Positions 12,444 through 25,979 of a stretch of 64,000 bases of DNA are shown piece by piece (positions within the stretch are counted from its first letter, which is position 1; the number at the start of each line of letters is the position of its first letter). Position numbers and translations under genes: made by a program. The notes under the pieces were generated by a model. That model made no database searches. It had not been told where the DNA came from and was given only the letters and a program-made list of their open reading frames with translations. The DNA is from Tubulanus polymorphus (lineage: Eukaryota > Animalia > Nemertea): the NCBI RefSeq assembly GCF_964204645.1, contig NC_134032.1, positions 2,290,416 to 2,354,415 of the forward strand, written 5' to 3'.

Positions 12444-13050
12444 TGCAGATATTAGACGGATTCTTTAGCTCTGACAATAACGGAGTTTTTTTACCGAGGC
12501 TTAGTTCATTAGGGAATAACGATTATGTAATGGTTATATTCGCTATGAAATCTGCAGCAATCAATTAACTTCCCAATTAATTATTCATAATCGCCGGTGT
12601 GCGAGACTCGATTCAGATGTAAAGTTTTCATTGAATAAAGCACTTTAATCTGTGTCAGGAATGTCCACATCTTCACTCAATTCGATATGCTCCAATCAAC
12701 TACTCTATGGTGAGTTTTCCGGTTTGCCCGACTGCCCGAACGATGGAGGTTAGTCTAGATAGGCCAATGTAAACTGCGGTTTGCTGAACTATATAACCCC
12801 TCTTTGCGGGGGGGGGGATGCGGTATGATGCTTATCACTTCATGTATTATGGTGTTTAATAAAAGATTTCATACATGATAAACCAAAACGCCATCGCGTG
12901 GGCTTCGTAGAAAGACCAGTGGCTTTTCCAAATTAATTTTCCTGTCCAATTTGGTTTCCTTTTCCAGTCAGGGACTTGCAATTTTGGCCCTCTTCGTCGG
13001 TTAGCTACAAATATTTCATTTCAGCTGTAGACCACAATGGTGACACCGTG

Positions 13051-13331
13051 CAGGGGCGGACCCAGAGGGCAAACTTGATTGCCTTCTTAGATTTAATAGG
13101 GCATATTATTGTAATCATAAGAGAAATTGTCTGCACTTGTATCAGCGAGCCACGCGGCGGCGACGCCCGAATTCCATCGGTAAACCACCACTTTGTTTTT
13201 GAAAGCATGCCAGAAGCAATCATTTTTTTCTCAGAGTTTAAAAAAAAATCATATACGTTGATAGTTGAAGGGCATTTAAAAATGTTGACTGCCTTCCGGA
13301 AGGCATGGAAGGCAACCTGGACCCGCCCCTG
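13051..13331. mobile_element. MITE with CAGGGGCGG TIRs and 5-bp TSD
   Basis: caggggcggaccc...ggacccgcccctg flanked by CCGTG/CCGTG. Confidence 0.85.
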
Positions 13332-15143
13332 CCGTGACGGTCAGAAACTGACCAATTGAGATATATGATCCCCGAGTCTGAACGTTTGACTTCGAATATC
13401 GGAAATTGTTCAAGTCATCGTTTGTTTTTAAACTACTAAGGATTCATCATTGCAAATTCATAGACTGACCATCACTGACCACTACTGACCAATTCAAACT
13501 ACTCGTATATGTTACTTTGGGCGTGACGAAAATATGGACAATGTCGCCTAATTCGCGACTGGCCTACTGACCTAATAAAGACGTTTCCAGTGTCTAGGCA
13601 CCATTTTGTGGCGGTCCCGCGAGGTCCCCATTGTTGCGATAATTTGCGCTCATTTTTCAAACATAAGTTTAGATTGAATATCACATAGTTCTGCAGTCCC
13701 TTGCTTGATTAACTTAATTCATTTTAAAGGAAATGAAATGCAGATATTTGCCGGTGATTCTTGGATTTTTTAAATGCAACAATTAAGAGCAGTGACGATG
13801 TGAAACCAAGGACCAAGATATTTCAACTGCGCGTCAAAAAATTGCGATTATTATTGATTTTAAAATATCTAAGTGGTTATTAAAGCTAGATTTCCCATTT
13901 TTACTGAGGTTAAAGAACGTTATTCGCTTTAAGGGCCTGCGTTGACATTTTGTGAATATCTTTCTTGACGACTGATCTCTAACCGCTAGAGTTTGAGATT
14001 ACGCGCCAAAGGGGTCTCCCACTGCGCACCGCCATTTCACTGAACATTGAGAGATTTGCGAAAAGCATGGGCGTGTGTCCGATAGCGATACAGCTGACAC
14101 TCAGATTCTCTCTGCGCATTTGTTATACTGACTAAACAATCTAACGAATGAAACATGTTATTTAAAAAACATTACCATCATAAGGCTATATGTTAGGCTA
14201 TATTGATATTGATTTATATAAGTGTTTCATTCTCTGTGATGCATCCTTAACCACAAGTTCCATTAACCGCTTCAAATAACGGATACATTTTTAAAACATG
14301 TACAAGGTATGGAATGATCTAAATCTATTTTGGAATAAATGAAATATGTGACTAAATTTCAATAATTTTCTATAATTTCCTATTCCTTATATACATCTGA
14401 AATATAATAGGATTTCCATTCAGTTGCCATGGTAGTCAGTAACCTGTCTGTGGTTTAGTTTCACGATCGGATATTGGTTGGTATAAGCCCATCCGTTTAT
14501 AAAAAGCTTACCACCAACGATTAGGTAACATAACTTTGCCAAGGAAACGTAAAAATTGGATCCCGATGGAGGCCCGGCTCCCGGCTTCTAAAATTGATAG
14601 TTAGGTTTGTATCAACATCTGGGCCAATTTTCGTGAATTTTTCCACCCGGTAACAATTCAAAAACAAACGCTAAGCCATCCTACTAGCGGTACCACCGAG
14701 AGGATCGACCCGCGATACTTTGGAGAGTTACCGGCGATCCCCGAACCTGGACGGAGCGCTCCTGATGTCGAACGTTTGTGAAGCTATCGTTTGGTGGCGC
14801 CCTCTCTTGTGAAGCGCCATCTTGAGTCTGTGTCGAATTAAAACCGGCTCGTCAAACCCGATCAAACACACTCAACGGCAGCCGCTCTACGATCCAGTAC
14901 TCGCCCTTGTGCAGCGGTGACACTGACGGTATTTTATCGCCAATTTTAGGAATCAGTTAATCGCAGTGAATACAACTGAGTGAACTATTTGTTAGCAGTT
15001 TAATCGTGAATCCGAAGAAGATCATTTTATAACGGAGGAGATTTCACCTCGCTCGTCGGTGAGTGAGGAGAGGAGATCACATCAATCAGTCATCAGTTAT
15101 TTGTTGGTTTGTTTTAAACTTGTGTTGGGGTTAAACTCGTAAC

Positions 15144-16341
15144 ATGGAAGCGAAAATCGATTCATTGACGCTCATTAAACGGGTAGATACAGACTTCATA
15201 CCCCACCTGGTGACGTCACTACCCGGTGAACACGAGGGTGAACAGTCACGTGTTATATGTGCGAGCTGGTGCTCCACTGATTATATATATAGTGTGAATG
15301 ATGATAATATACAGAGATACATAGAGATTGATGGTTTGATACAAGGACTCGATACTGATAGTAACGGGTTTCTGTTTGTGGTCGTGGAGAAAAACAGTGA
15401 ATACATCCTGAGAAAATATAAAAATAAGAGAAAACTCCTCGAAGAAAATATCACTGATCTCCTGCCTGGAGACTGTGGATCCTTAGTAATCCGTGATCAC
15501 AATATCTTTACACAGACAGGAGATAGTGATAGTGACATTCATGTTTTACCTTTACGAGAAAACCCTGTAGACAGATTGATTGATAGAACCCGAGTGAAGG
15601 AGCATCAGCTCCCGGATGGAGTTTACAAATGTATCAACAGTTTCGATGTCGACACGCGGGGACGTATATTTATCTACTGTATTCATGAACACAGCTTATT
15701 GTATCTAACACAAGAAGCAAAACTAACACAAGAAGCAAAACGGATGCGTTTTATTACTATGCACGATTGCGGACTGACATTTGATCCAATTGCAGGATTC
15801 CCGTGTGTTATTAATGATGATCATATATTACTATCGGTATACTCTAATACTGGTGACAGAGGATCTGTTATTAGTATCAGATATAATGATGTGGGGTTTA
15901 TAGATCACCGTATAATACTGAACTCTGACAGTTGGACATATCAGATACATCACGTGTGTAACAGTAACACTGTAGTTATCAATCACTGGGATCACAGTAA
16001 TAAACAGTTCTCACTGAGATTCTACAATATAGACACTGTGGAACCAGCTCCAGATGTCAGAGGGAATGTGTGTGGAATGAAAGTTGTAAACACTGTGGAA
16101 CCAGCTCCAGATGTCAGAGGGAATGTGTGTGAATCGGGTGGAATAGATCAATACTATATGAATCATGAACGCCGAGGCCTCGCTCTTGTTATATCAAATA
16201 AGGTATTTGACACCAGCAAAAATCGGATTGGCACAGAGTTTGATGTGGAGTCTTTACGCGAGGTGTTTAGTGATTTAGGCTTCGAAGTTGTCGTCCATGA
16301 GAATTTGACTGCGGAGGAAATGAAATCGAAAATGCGTGAAG
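15144..16341 (+). CDS. caspase exon 1 (propeller-like prodomain + start of p20)
   Basis: Track ORF 15144-16394; exon ends at GAAG|GCAAGT (phase 1). Confidence 0.88.
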
Positions 16342-19300
16342 GCAAGTATAAGAAAGAGTTTTATTATTTCAACTTTCAGCGAGTCCACAATTAGGCTAGA
16401 TCAGTAGCTAGTAGGTCAGACGCGTAGAGTCGGACCCCGGTCAAAAATGGTTCCTAGAATGAACGAGAGGTTTCCAATTGGACCCATCAGTTTGTCAACA
16501 TGAATTGGGGTTTGGCTAATACACAGCACTGCGGTGTATTAGTCCACCTGTATCCACCCTGACTATTACTCCTCAATCCACCTGTATCCACCCTGACTAT
16601 TACTCCTCAAGCTACCCGTATCCACCCTGACTATTACTCCTCAAGCTACCCGTATCCACCCTGACTATTACTCCTCAATCCACCTGTATCCACCCTGACT
16701 ATTACTCCTCAATCCACCTGTATCCACCCTGACTATTACTCCTCAATCCACCTGTATCCACCCTGACTATTACTCCTCAATCCACCTGTATCCACCCTGA
16801 CTTTTGCTCCTCAAGCTACCCGTATCCACCCTGACTATTTTTCCTCAATCCACCGGTATCCACCCTGACTATTACTCCTCAATCCACCTGTATCCACCCT
16901 GTCTATTACTCCTCAATCCACCTGTATCCACCCTGACTATTACTCCTCAATCCACCTGTATCCACCCTATTACTCCTCAATCCACCGGTATCCACCCTGA
17001 CTATTACTCCTCAATCCACCTGTATCCACCCTGTCTATTACTCCTCAATCCACCTGTATCCACCCTGACTATTACTCCTCAATCCACCTGTATCCACCCT
17101 ATTACTCCTCGATCCACCTGTATCCACCCTGACAATTACTTGACGAGAAATAGACAGTGTGGATAAAGTGGACCGTGGTATTCTTGGATCGCTCGTTCAA
17201 AGGATATACCGTATCGTGACCTGTTCACATTATAATTCTAATGCCAAATTTCAATTAACTGATTTAAACACTGTGCAATTTTTCAGCTGCCGCAGATCAT
17301 ATACATCGTGAATCAGATGCCTTTGTTTGTGCGATACTTAGTCACGGAGAAAAGGGTGACAAGGTTATGGGAAAAGATTGTAACACTGTTCGTGTTGAGG
17401 AACTTATCGAACCATTCAAAGGCAATGCGTGTGAAGCTTTAGCCGGAAAACCAAAACTATTCTTTATTCAGGTAAACAATATTCAGGAAGTTACGATGGC
17501 TCGCTACGATTCCTTGTGTCCTCGATAACTCCAAAAATGAATTTCAGCTAACAATCCCAAAAATCCTTGAAAATTCCTTGAATGTTAAGAAGTTGGCAAT
17601 TAGAAAACTTTTAGCCCACTAAAAATTTAGTCACTTGACCAGGACACCTCGCTGCAACTTGCAATTTACGTGACACAATAGTCTCATTGATACCACTGCC
17701 ACCTAACATAATGCTATCTCTATCTAAGGTTGTTTCGTGGAAAGGTCAATAAATACGAACTAATTGTGTCTAACAGGTTGTGTGGGGAATATCATATCTT
17801 ACTAAGTCTCCACTGTCCCCTTGCGTATGTGATACCTAAACTATTCAAGAGCACCATACTTTGATTTTTGGTAATATTTTGATTGACAGGCTTGTCGGGG
17901 TGATGGAACAGATGGAGGTGTAGTCGCTGATTCTATGACAATAGATGCTAATGAAGGTTTGAGAATTCCGAATGAAGCTGATGTCCTGATCGCCTACGCA
18001 ACCATTCCAGGTAAGAATTATGCACCTGCTTCAGATTGGTGAAAAACCTACTAAATCCGTGTGTTTTTAAATTCTTAGGCGAGGATTTTAAACTATATTG
18101 CGTTCACTTTTGATCCATCCGATTGTTTGACGCATGCGGAATCCAGTTATTTTCGTTTATTTAGAAGACACTTCAATGCATTGTCTTGATATTCCTAGAC
18201 ACATCTTCAGCCCCAAAACTGGCCCGATTAGAATCAAGATGGCCGTTTGACAGCCATTGTTGTTCGCTAAAATCAGCGCTTTTTACACTTTTGATATTTT
18301 GAAGATGCTTCAATCAATTATTCTAACTATGTTTTTTAGTGTTGCATGCGTGCTTAGTGGCATTCCGTATTTTAGTCTAAAATCGTTATTTGGTGAACAA
18401 ATGCCTAATCCTTTTTTTTCCGGGTGTGACGGAACGAGGATACCTGAAGGGACGTACTGATTCTTGATCGCCTTTAGTATATTTCCGCCGGTGTTGTCTG
18501 ACATTTAATAATTTTAGGTTTAGAATATAATGATGTACGGTACATACAAATAATCTGCATATTCAGATGGACCTTTTTATCCAATCAGAATTCAACATTT
18601 CATTTGGAAGCTAATAGAATTTGATGAATTCTTTGTAAAATGAAGCAGAAAATATATATAACAATCATAATCAACATTATAACCATAACAATCTACGGAA
18701 TTACAATAGGGTTTTCTGCCGTCAGCTGGTTTACGTGTGTAACTTAGAAAAATACTGGAAAGATTTCTGGAAATATTACAGCTAGGTGCTGGCAACACTG
18801 CTCCCTCCATGTATTATAGAAATGGTTTGAGTGGGAAATCCCTATCCTTTTCCTAGTGTTTGAGGCTAGCGCAGGAATTTTGGAAGTTGGCAGCTGAGCT
18901 CATTTCAATTTCATTACAACTCCACTGCGACAAGCTAGTTCAGTAGACTTCGCTAAGTCGAATGTTTTGGGAATGCCTGCTTTGAGTGATACCTGAGTCG
19001 GGTGTTATGTATTTCTTGTAAAAGTATCACAAAAAATATTATAAAAAAATGAAAACATTCGAGTTAAACGGTGTAACGATTTCATGCCCGGCAATCAACA
19101 ATTGGACGATTATCATGGATTGTATCAGAGCTCTTTATTCAACATGACTGTACGCAATGGCTGCAATACCGGAAGAGGCTGCAGTACTCGAGAACCACGA
19201 GTTTTTGATAACCACGGGGACCGTATCCTAATACATAATAGAACATGTTACTCATAATATTTCAAACGGTTACAGAGTTGATCAGATTCGATTTTGATTG

Positions 19301-19713
19301 AGTCTACTGTACATAGTCAATATTTTTATCAAAACTCTTTGGGGTCTACTTTTGCTTTTTCCACATTGTCAGATGCAAAGACTAAAAACCATTAACATCA
19401 TTTTCATTAGGAAGATCTATAAATAGGTTTATATATACCCTCACGGCCCCTACTTCTTTGTTAAGCACAATTTTTCGTTTTTTCCACAGGTTACGTTGCA
19501 TGGAGGAAGGAAGAGGAAGGATCATGTTATATACAAACCCTGTGTGAAGTTTTGAAGGAACCTTCTCGTTCGTTGGACCTGGTAAAAATGTTGACACTAG
19601 TCGGGGATAAAGTCGCGAAAAAAGTCACCAAAAAAAAAAATGAGGAATCCAAACAAATGCCGTGTTATTTCAGCTCATTAAGGAAAGATTTGTATTTTTC
19701 TCGTAAATCATAA
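15144..19713 (+). CDS. caspase (peptidase C14A) with long N-terminal beta-propeller-like prodomain, 4 coding exons, ~575 aa
   Basis: Exons 15144-16341, 17287-17471, 17890-18010 and 19490-19713 splice in frame: YYMNHERRGLALVISN..NRIGTEFD..LGFEV / DAFVCAILSHG..LAGKPKLFFIQ / ACRG..RIPNEADVLIAYATIP / GYVAWR..GSCYIQ..KQMPCYFSSLRKDLYF*. In-frame stop 12 nt upstream of the ATG. Confidence 0.93.
16543..17140 (+). repeat. 34-bp minisatellite in caspase intron 1
   Basis: Unit tccacctgtatccaccctgactattactcctcaa, ~17 copies. Confidence 0.95.
17287..17471 (+). CDS. caspase exon 2 (catalytic His, SHG)
   Basis: tttcag| ... ILSHG ... KPKLFFIQ |gtaaac. Confidence 0.93.
17890..18010 (+). CDS. caspase exon 3 (catalytic Cys, Q|ACRG, intersubunit linker)
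   Basis: gacag| ACRGDGTDGGVVADSMTIDANEGLRIPNEADVLIAYATIP |gtaaga. Confidence 0.93.
19490..19713 (+). CDS. caspase exon 4 (p10 subunit)
   Basis: cacag| YVAWRKEEEGSCYIQTLC...KQMPCYFSSLRKDLYFSRKS*; AATAAA at ~19763. Confidence 0.92.
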
Positions 19714-21325
19714 TGATGAAATGATGAACCACGTTATGATCCAAAATTTCAACATCAACGTTAATAAAAATGAAGAGACCATAAAACGCTACATGTCTGA
19801 TATAAAGGGTTCTAATAGATCAGGAAATTCCAGAGGGCGTTGAACAGAGTCCCTACGACTCCTTTATTCCTTGAATACTTCTAAACAATTACATTTTTGA
19901 ATATCCTTGAATTTGAGCAAAATGTCTAGAAAACTCCAAAATACGGCCTCGGCCTTTGACACACACCATCTTTCGTCAGCTCATTGTAGTTAGTATGAAT
20001 GATACAAAGTGTGTGCTGAGATTCTGTTGTACCTCTTGAACAAAAGAATTGTGTTCGAGATTTGAAATTCTATCCTTGTCAATTGCAATATCATTGCTGA
20101 TGATAAGTTCTGATTCATTACTGTAGCTGTGCATGAAGGAGTGATGAATATTGAAATGATCAGATTTTCAAGTATTTTCCCCAGGCGATCATGGTATCCC
20201 TGGAACCCTAGTTCAATCAGTCAATTGTCTTCTGATCGGCAGCCAGTTTCTCTATTTGTAGAGGCTTCCCTCAAAAAACCCTTAAATTCAAAAATCCATT
20301 TTTGAGGATACAAAATCTGAGTTGTAGCCCTTGGCCCCTCAAAATCCCCTCAAATTCTGAAAATTGTGTCTCAGAGAATTTTGTATCTCCTATTTTTAAA
20401 GGACCTTTCTGCATACATTATCATTATTATTAACAATGTACATCATAAGTTTTAGTGAGACAGAATGATTAAATTGTGTTGTTTGATGATAATCACAGTA
20501 ATTGCTTTAATTACTGTGTACTCACTGAATTGGCATTTTATACTGCATTGTCATAGTACATGTAGCTAGATTAAAAAAGCCTTGTTATCCTCCACCTGTC
20601 CAGACTAACCTTTCCAATCATTTTGGAGGGCTCATTTGATTGCAAAGAATCAATAAGACCTATTTATCCAGGAGTTTAGAAACAGTTACTCGAAGTTCGT
20701 AGTTGAGCTGAGTGTCAGACTTATTGTAACAAAATGCCGAAATCAAATGTTCAGTTTGTGACAGAAAGTTTTCTGGTACCTTATCATCGAAAGAAGGCTC
20801 TTCAGTCGTGATCAGCCTCCTACCCTAGACGAGTTATTTCACTAAAAAATCAAAGTCAACAATTTAAATTAGTCAAATATAGTCAAATTTAATGAGGTTA
20901 TTCATAAGCGCCTAAATGTATTTTGCTTCTGTTTAATGTATCAATTAGGTTTTCGTCCTGAAAAATTACTCTCAAATTTGGCGATCTTACCCTCAAAAGC
21001 CTCCCAAAAATACCTCTCAAATTTCGTATTTGATGGTCCTCTAGGAACCCTGTTTAATTTGTAGTCTTTAAATTTGATAATTGTTCCACTGTCTTAGGAT
21101 TACAATTAGGAATCGCCAAATTTCTAGTTTTGTTTTTTTATCACCGGAGGGAGTTGAGAATTGAATTTTCTACAACTAACCTACCAGTGAATTATATTGG
21201 ACATATATATTTTTATTTATCACCGCAATTAATTGCAAACCTTACAGCTCCTATGATCAATGTGAGTTTTCAAAGTCGTTAGTTTCATTACTGTTCACCA
21301 GGAGGCATCGAATATGCCAGATTGA

Positions 21326-21575
21326 CAGGGCGGATCTGGGTTGCGGTTCCGAGGGTTCTGGGATACCCTTCATCTGTGCCCCTTGGAGATGCCCCTAAAG
21401 TCAAGGATTTGACGTAAATATGCCCTCGTTAGGCATAGTGCCCCTGAAAACCACAAGTTTGATGTTAAGCGCCCCTGTTTTGCCATGATTTGACATAGAA
21501 AGTGCCATCCCCCATAATAGTGAGCGCCCTCATAATTCAGAACCCCCTCGAGATTGGGCCCTGGATCCGCCCCTG
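21326..21575. mobile_element. MITE, CAGGG(G)CGGATC TIR family
   Basis: cagggcggatctgg...ctggatccgcccctg, flanks ATTGA/ATTGT. Confidence 0.75.
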
Positions 21576-21805
21576 ATTGTTGACTATTTCGCAACATTTC
21601 CCTCATGGGCAATGTGTCCCTGGACACCTACTTCATGAGTAAAATGTGTTTGTTAATATACAGAAATCGCTACTATTTTAAATTGTATTGATACCAATGA
21701 TGTTCAATGTGAGTAATTCGTGTCGAATCTAAATAAATGAAAAATTTCTATGATTAAAAATTTTCTGATAAAATTTATGCAATGAAACAAAAAGCGAGTA
21801 ATATT

Positions 21806-22028
21806 TAGGCTAAGAAAAATTGATACCTTGTTTCTCATTTTCTGCTGAGCTTAAAAAGTTGACCCGGCCCTTCCACCTATGTACCCTGTACATTTCATTT
21901 AAATTGTAATCCTGATCAAGTTAACAATAAAAACAGACTCGACAATATTGAAATGATCTGATAAAAAATATTGCTTTTTTCAAAAGCGACCCGGCCGATT
22001 AGGAGAAACGAGGTATTGTTTTGCCTAA
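21806..22028. mobile_element. small TIR element (related copy at 23901-24112)
   Basis: taggctaagaaaaattgataccttgtttctc...gagaaacgaggtattgttttgccta. Confidence 0.55.
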
Positions 22029-22539
22029 GCATATATTATATTTTTATTTCTAGTTATTAATATAAGTATTATACTGAAGAGTTATATCTGTACATAAAAT
22101 ATCAAAATACGGTGCTTTCATGATTTACGGTGCTATGCTCACGATTTATTCCGATCAGATAGTGGGTTCTTATCTTATTGACATTATTAAATGTGTAGAA
22201 TTTAGACGCCGCCCACGAGCAGCAAGACGCGCCCAGGAAAGAGAGCTGGGGAGGATTTGAACCCATTTATCTGACGAAGCTACTATCGACTAGTGCTGCC
22301 GCCCTTGTCACTTTTCCAAAAAGGACTGATGAGAAACAATGGTATTTCTTTGCGTGGCTTAAAGCTATGATGAAATTGTATGTACATCCGTAGTGTTTAT
22401 AACCTATTAAGAGTTTAAAGACATGTTTCTATTTTCGATATTATGATAATCTCGATTTTAATATCTTTATTCGTATCGATAAAACAGATTAAAAGATATA
22501 CATAGAATAAAAGCAAAACACATTTTTGAGTAATATATG

Positions 22540-22542
<3 letters not shown>

Positions 22543-22616
<74 letters not shown>
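22543..22616. repeat. (AT)n microsatellite
   Basis: ~37 AT units. Confidence 0.98.
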
Positions 22617-22618
<2 letters not shown>

Positions 22619-22680
22619 ATTAAACTGTCATATTTAAAACTATATTTGTTTGTTCACTCATTCAATGGAAGTATAGTTCA

Positions 22681-23025
22681 AACCCTGTGGACTGGCGGCC
22701 CTAATACAATTAACACTGAGGACTGGTGGCTGGAATACAATCTATAACACTGTGGACTGGCGGCCCTAATACAATTAACACTGAGGACTGGTGGCTGGAA
22801 TACAATCTATAACACTGTGGACTGGTGGCCCAAATACAATCTATAACACTGTGGACTGGTGGCCCAAATACAATCTATAACCCTGTGGACTGGCGGCCTT
22901 AATACAATTAACTCTGAGAACTGGTGGCTGGAATACAATCTATAACACTGAGGACTGGTGACCGGAATACAATCTATAAAACTGAGGACTGGTGACCGGA
23001 ATACAATCTATAAAACTGAGGACTG
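22681..23025 (+). repeat. ~31-34-bp minisatellite
   Basis: aacactg(t/a)ggactggtggc..aatacaatctat, ~10 copies. Confidence 0.9.
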
Positions 23026-23199
23026 ATATTAATCTTCGTCTTACTGTTTGCTGAGCGCAATTTTTCCATGATACAAAATTAGAAATGAAAACCTTTCTCT
23101 AACAGATCACGTTTTAATTCCTTTCGTAGAACTGTCAAGTTTCATTTGTACTCTAATGGTAAAATGCATAGGCATATACTAGGCAGATTCTCTTCTCAT

Positions 23200-23720
23200 T
23201 GGTGCAAATACAACCCGAATTCATCGTCTGCAGTTAGTCCGAAACAATGCAGCTCGCCTTATCATAAAAACTAAAAAATGTGTTCATGTTACTGCAGCTT
23301 TGGTTACGCTTCATTGGCTTCTAATTTCCGCCAGTGTTCATTTCAAAATTCTTCTTATAAGTGTTTGCATGGTTTTACTTTTGTTTATCTTATGTTATGG
23401 CGTGCAGTTTATAAGCCTTAATTACGGGCTCTTCGTTCTAGTCAGGATAGCACCCGTCTAATTAATTACCTCCTGTCTCAAACCGTTCTTTTGGCGACTG
23501 TGCTTTTAATATCTGTGTCCCACGCTTGTAAATGCTCTTCCGGCAAACATACAACGAAGGTCCCACGGTTGAATCTTTTAAATATCGTGTTAAAACGAAC
23601 CATTTTTAGAAATATTAATGTTTTTATTTATAAGTGTAAAATTTCTAAGTTCACTGCAAATGTTTTTGTAATATAAAGCATTTAGAATATGATTTTAGTT
23701 GAGCGCTATATACGAAATTG
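23200..23720 (+). mobile_element. L2/CR1-clade LINE 3' remnant
   Basis: RLQLVRNNAARLI..HVTAALVTLHWL..HFKILL matches the ORF2 C-terminus of this clade; tail gagcgctatata. Confidence 0.75.
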
Positions 23721-25023
23721 ATAAGAAATGAAATCACCACTCTCGAAACAAAGTCTGAAGTTCCCCATTGTGCTTCAATGTCAAATTTAACAAATTAATT
23801 GAACCTTGTTCTATGGGTCCGATAAATGGCAGTAAAAAACGGCCGATAACAATCTACCCCTTACTTTCGAATGAAATTACATGAATCGGTTTTTTTAGAT
23901 GAGGCTAAACAAAAATGATAGCACCTTAATATTTCTCCGCAGCGGTCGGGTCATTTTTGTAAAATATGTAAACAGTTCATTTCTATAGCGGCCGGATGGT
24001 AAAATCACAATTTCAAAAAAAAAGTAATGTACAGGGTTGATAGGCGGCCGGCCGGGTCAACTTATCTGCTCAGCAGAGCGGAGAAACAAGGTATCAATTT
24101 TCTTTTTAGCCGAACTTCAAACATTTTTTACAATTCTAGTTTATTTATAATTTCAGTTAAGAATCATCTGACAACCGACCACAGCCAAATCATGTAAATG
24201 AACCAATTCCACATTCGTCTGATGTTTTGATAATCCAATTCCACAATCATCTGACAATCGACCACAGCAAAAGGATGTCGCTGCTGATCCTATTACACTT
24301 CTGATACAGCAGACAAATGATCTCAATACTGTTCACAATCGGCAAGCAATACAGAATGATCATCCTCCTCGGGGTGCTTCAGTTTAAAAGTTTTCTGACG
24401 GAGACACAGACAATAGCGGTGTAAGTGGTGAGTAACTTGTTCATATTCCAAGGTTCAGAATGCTGGAAACGGCTTCTAGCGACTGAAAAGGCTTTTAAAA
24501 TTCGAAAAAATTCCCAGACCCTCTTAGGGGCTTCGAGGCTCCCGTGTGCCTATGAAAAATTGCCTTTCTTTCTGGGATTTGAACCTGCCCTGGTTCCAGG
24601 AAAGCCGGAGACGTCAGTGTGATTGGTTCTAAACGATCTATTCGAATGTTATTCTTTTCACTGGCTTCGATAAGATATAATTCTTCACAAATCAGACTAA
24701 GGTTAACTACAGTAGCTCTCTAACTCAGCTCCTAACAGAGCGTATTGATTGATTGATAGTAAAATAAATCTAAACAGTTGAACTAAACTGATTCATTAAA
24801 CACGGATTTGTTTCAAGGAACCGGGAAAGTAGGGCGTTCTTCTCGAGTTGTCTAATACACACTACTCAGGTCTGGTATCGCGAGTTGATGAGAATGTGTA
24901 ATAATCGAGTTCATGTTTAACCTTGCAGGAAGAAATTGATCTCGAGATGCGGAGCCTGCTGACGTGTGGCGTGTGAGAGGTAACTTACAGGATCTGTGAC
25001 TCTCGGACAATTTGAATCAGTTC

Positions 25024-25303
25024 ATTTTGATTTCTATTTGACTGTCGTCTGCTAATTTTGAGTTCTATTAGACTGTCGTCTGCTAATTTTGATTTCTATT
25101 AGACTGTCGTCTGCTAATTTTGATTTCTATTTGACTGTCATCTGCTAATTTTGAGTTCTATTAGACTGTCATCTGCTAATTTTGAGTTCTATTGGACTGT
25201 CATCTGCTAATTTTGAGTTCTATTAGACTGTCGTCTGCTAATTTTGAGTTCTATTGGACTGTCGTCTGCTAATTTTGAGTTCTATTTGACTGTCGTCTGC
25301 TAA
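25024..25303 (+). repeat. 31-bp minisatellite
   Basis: attttgagttctattagactgtcgtctgcta, ~9 copies. Confidence 0.93.
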
Positions 25304-25319
25304 TAATCGAGCTGGTTTT

Positions 25320-25560
25320 TGCTTTTTATTTATAGGTCGTATCGAGCCTGATGCTGGGGTATCGGGAGACGCAATATATAAGTCCTGAATGAAAGATGTT
25401 ATGTCGGATACAGGAACTGATACTTCTAGATGTGGGAGTCATTCAACTCGGGCAGCGGTTGCTTCAGCTGTTGAAGCAGCTCGACGCGAACACTTTCAAA
25501 TGGTCGTACTGCGAAGACACGTTTGCACAGTTTTATAATAAGCCGATGATCGGAACTTCT
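25320..25560 (+). mobile_element. DIRS-type tyrosine recombinase remnant
   Basis: VSGDAIYKS*MKDVMSDTGTDTSRCGSHSTRAAVASA, then (frameshifted) WSYCEDTFAQFYNKP; matches DIRS YR HSTRxA and TFxxFYxKP boxes. Confidence 0.65.
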
Positions 25561-25979
25561 GAGAATACTCTGGCGAGGATCTGCACAACTGTAGTCGGTA
25601 CGGGCTTTTTATTCATCGACGAAATGAATTTTTCATTCGAAATCTCGTAGAATTGTGGAAATGAGTAAAATTATACAATTAAACAAGACTTACCCGTGAA
25701 ATTACACAATAAATGAATTGATACCTAAAGAGTTTATTTAGAATATTAGAAATATTGCAGGTGTTTGCTAAGATCCTTCTTCGGTCTAGAAATATGCATT
25801 TTCAAACCGAAGAAACCCGAAATATTTCTGATAATTTAGATTAACTTTTAAGCTATCAATTCATTTGTCATTGGATTCTACTCTTATTGATTAACCACAG
25901 GTATTGCCTGATCTACAACTGAGACTTACCCGTATAAGGAGAAGTTTGATGGTAATTCTACGAATGACCACAAACACGA

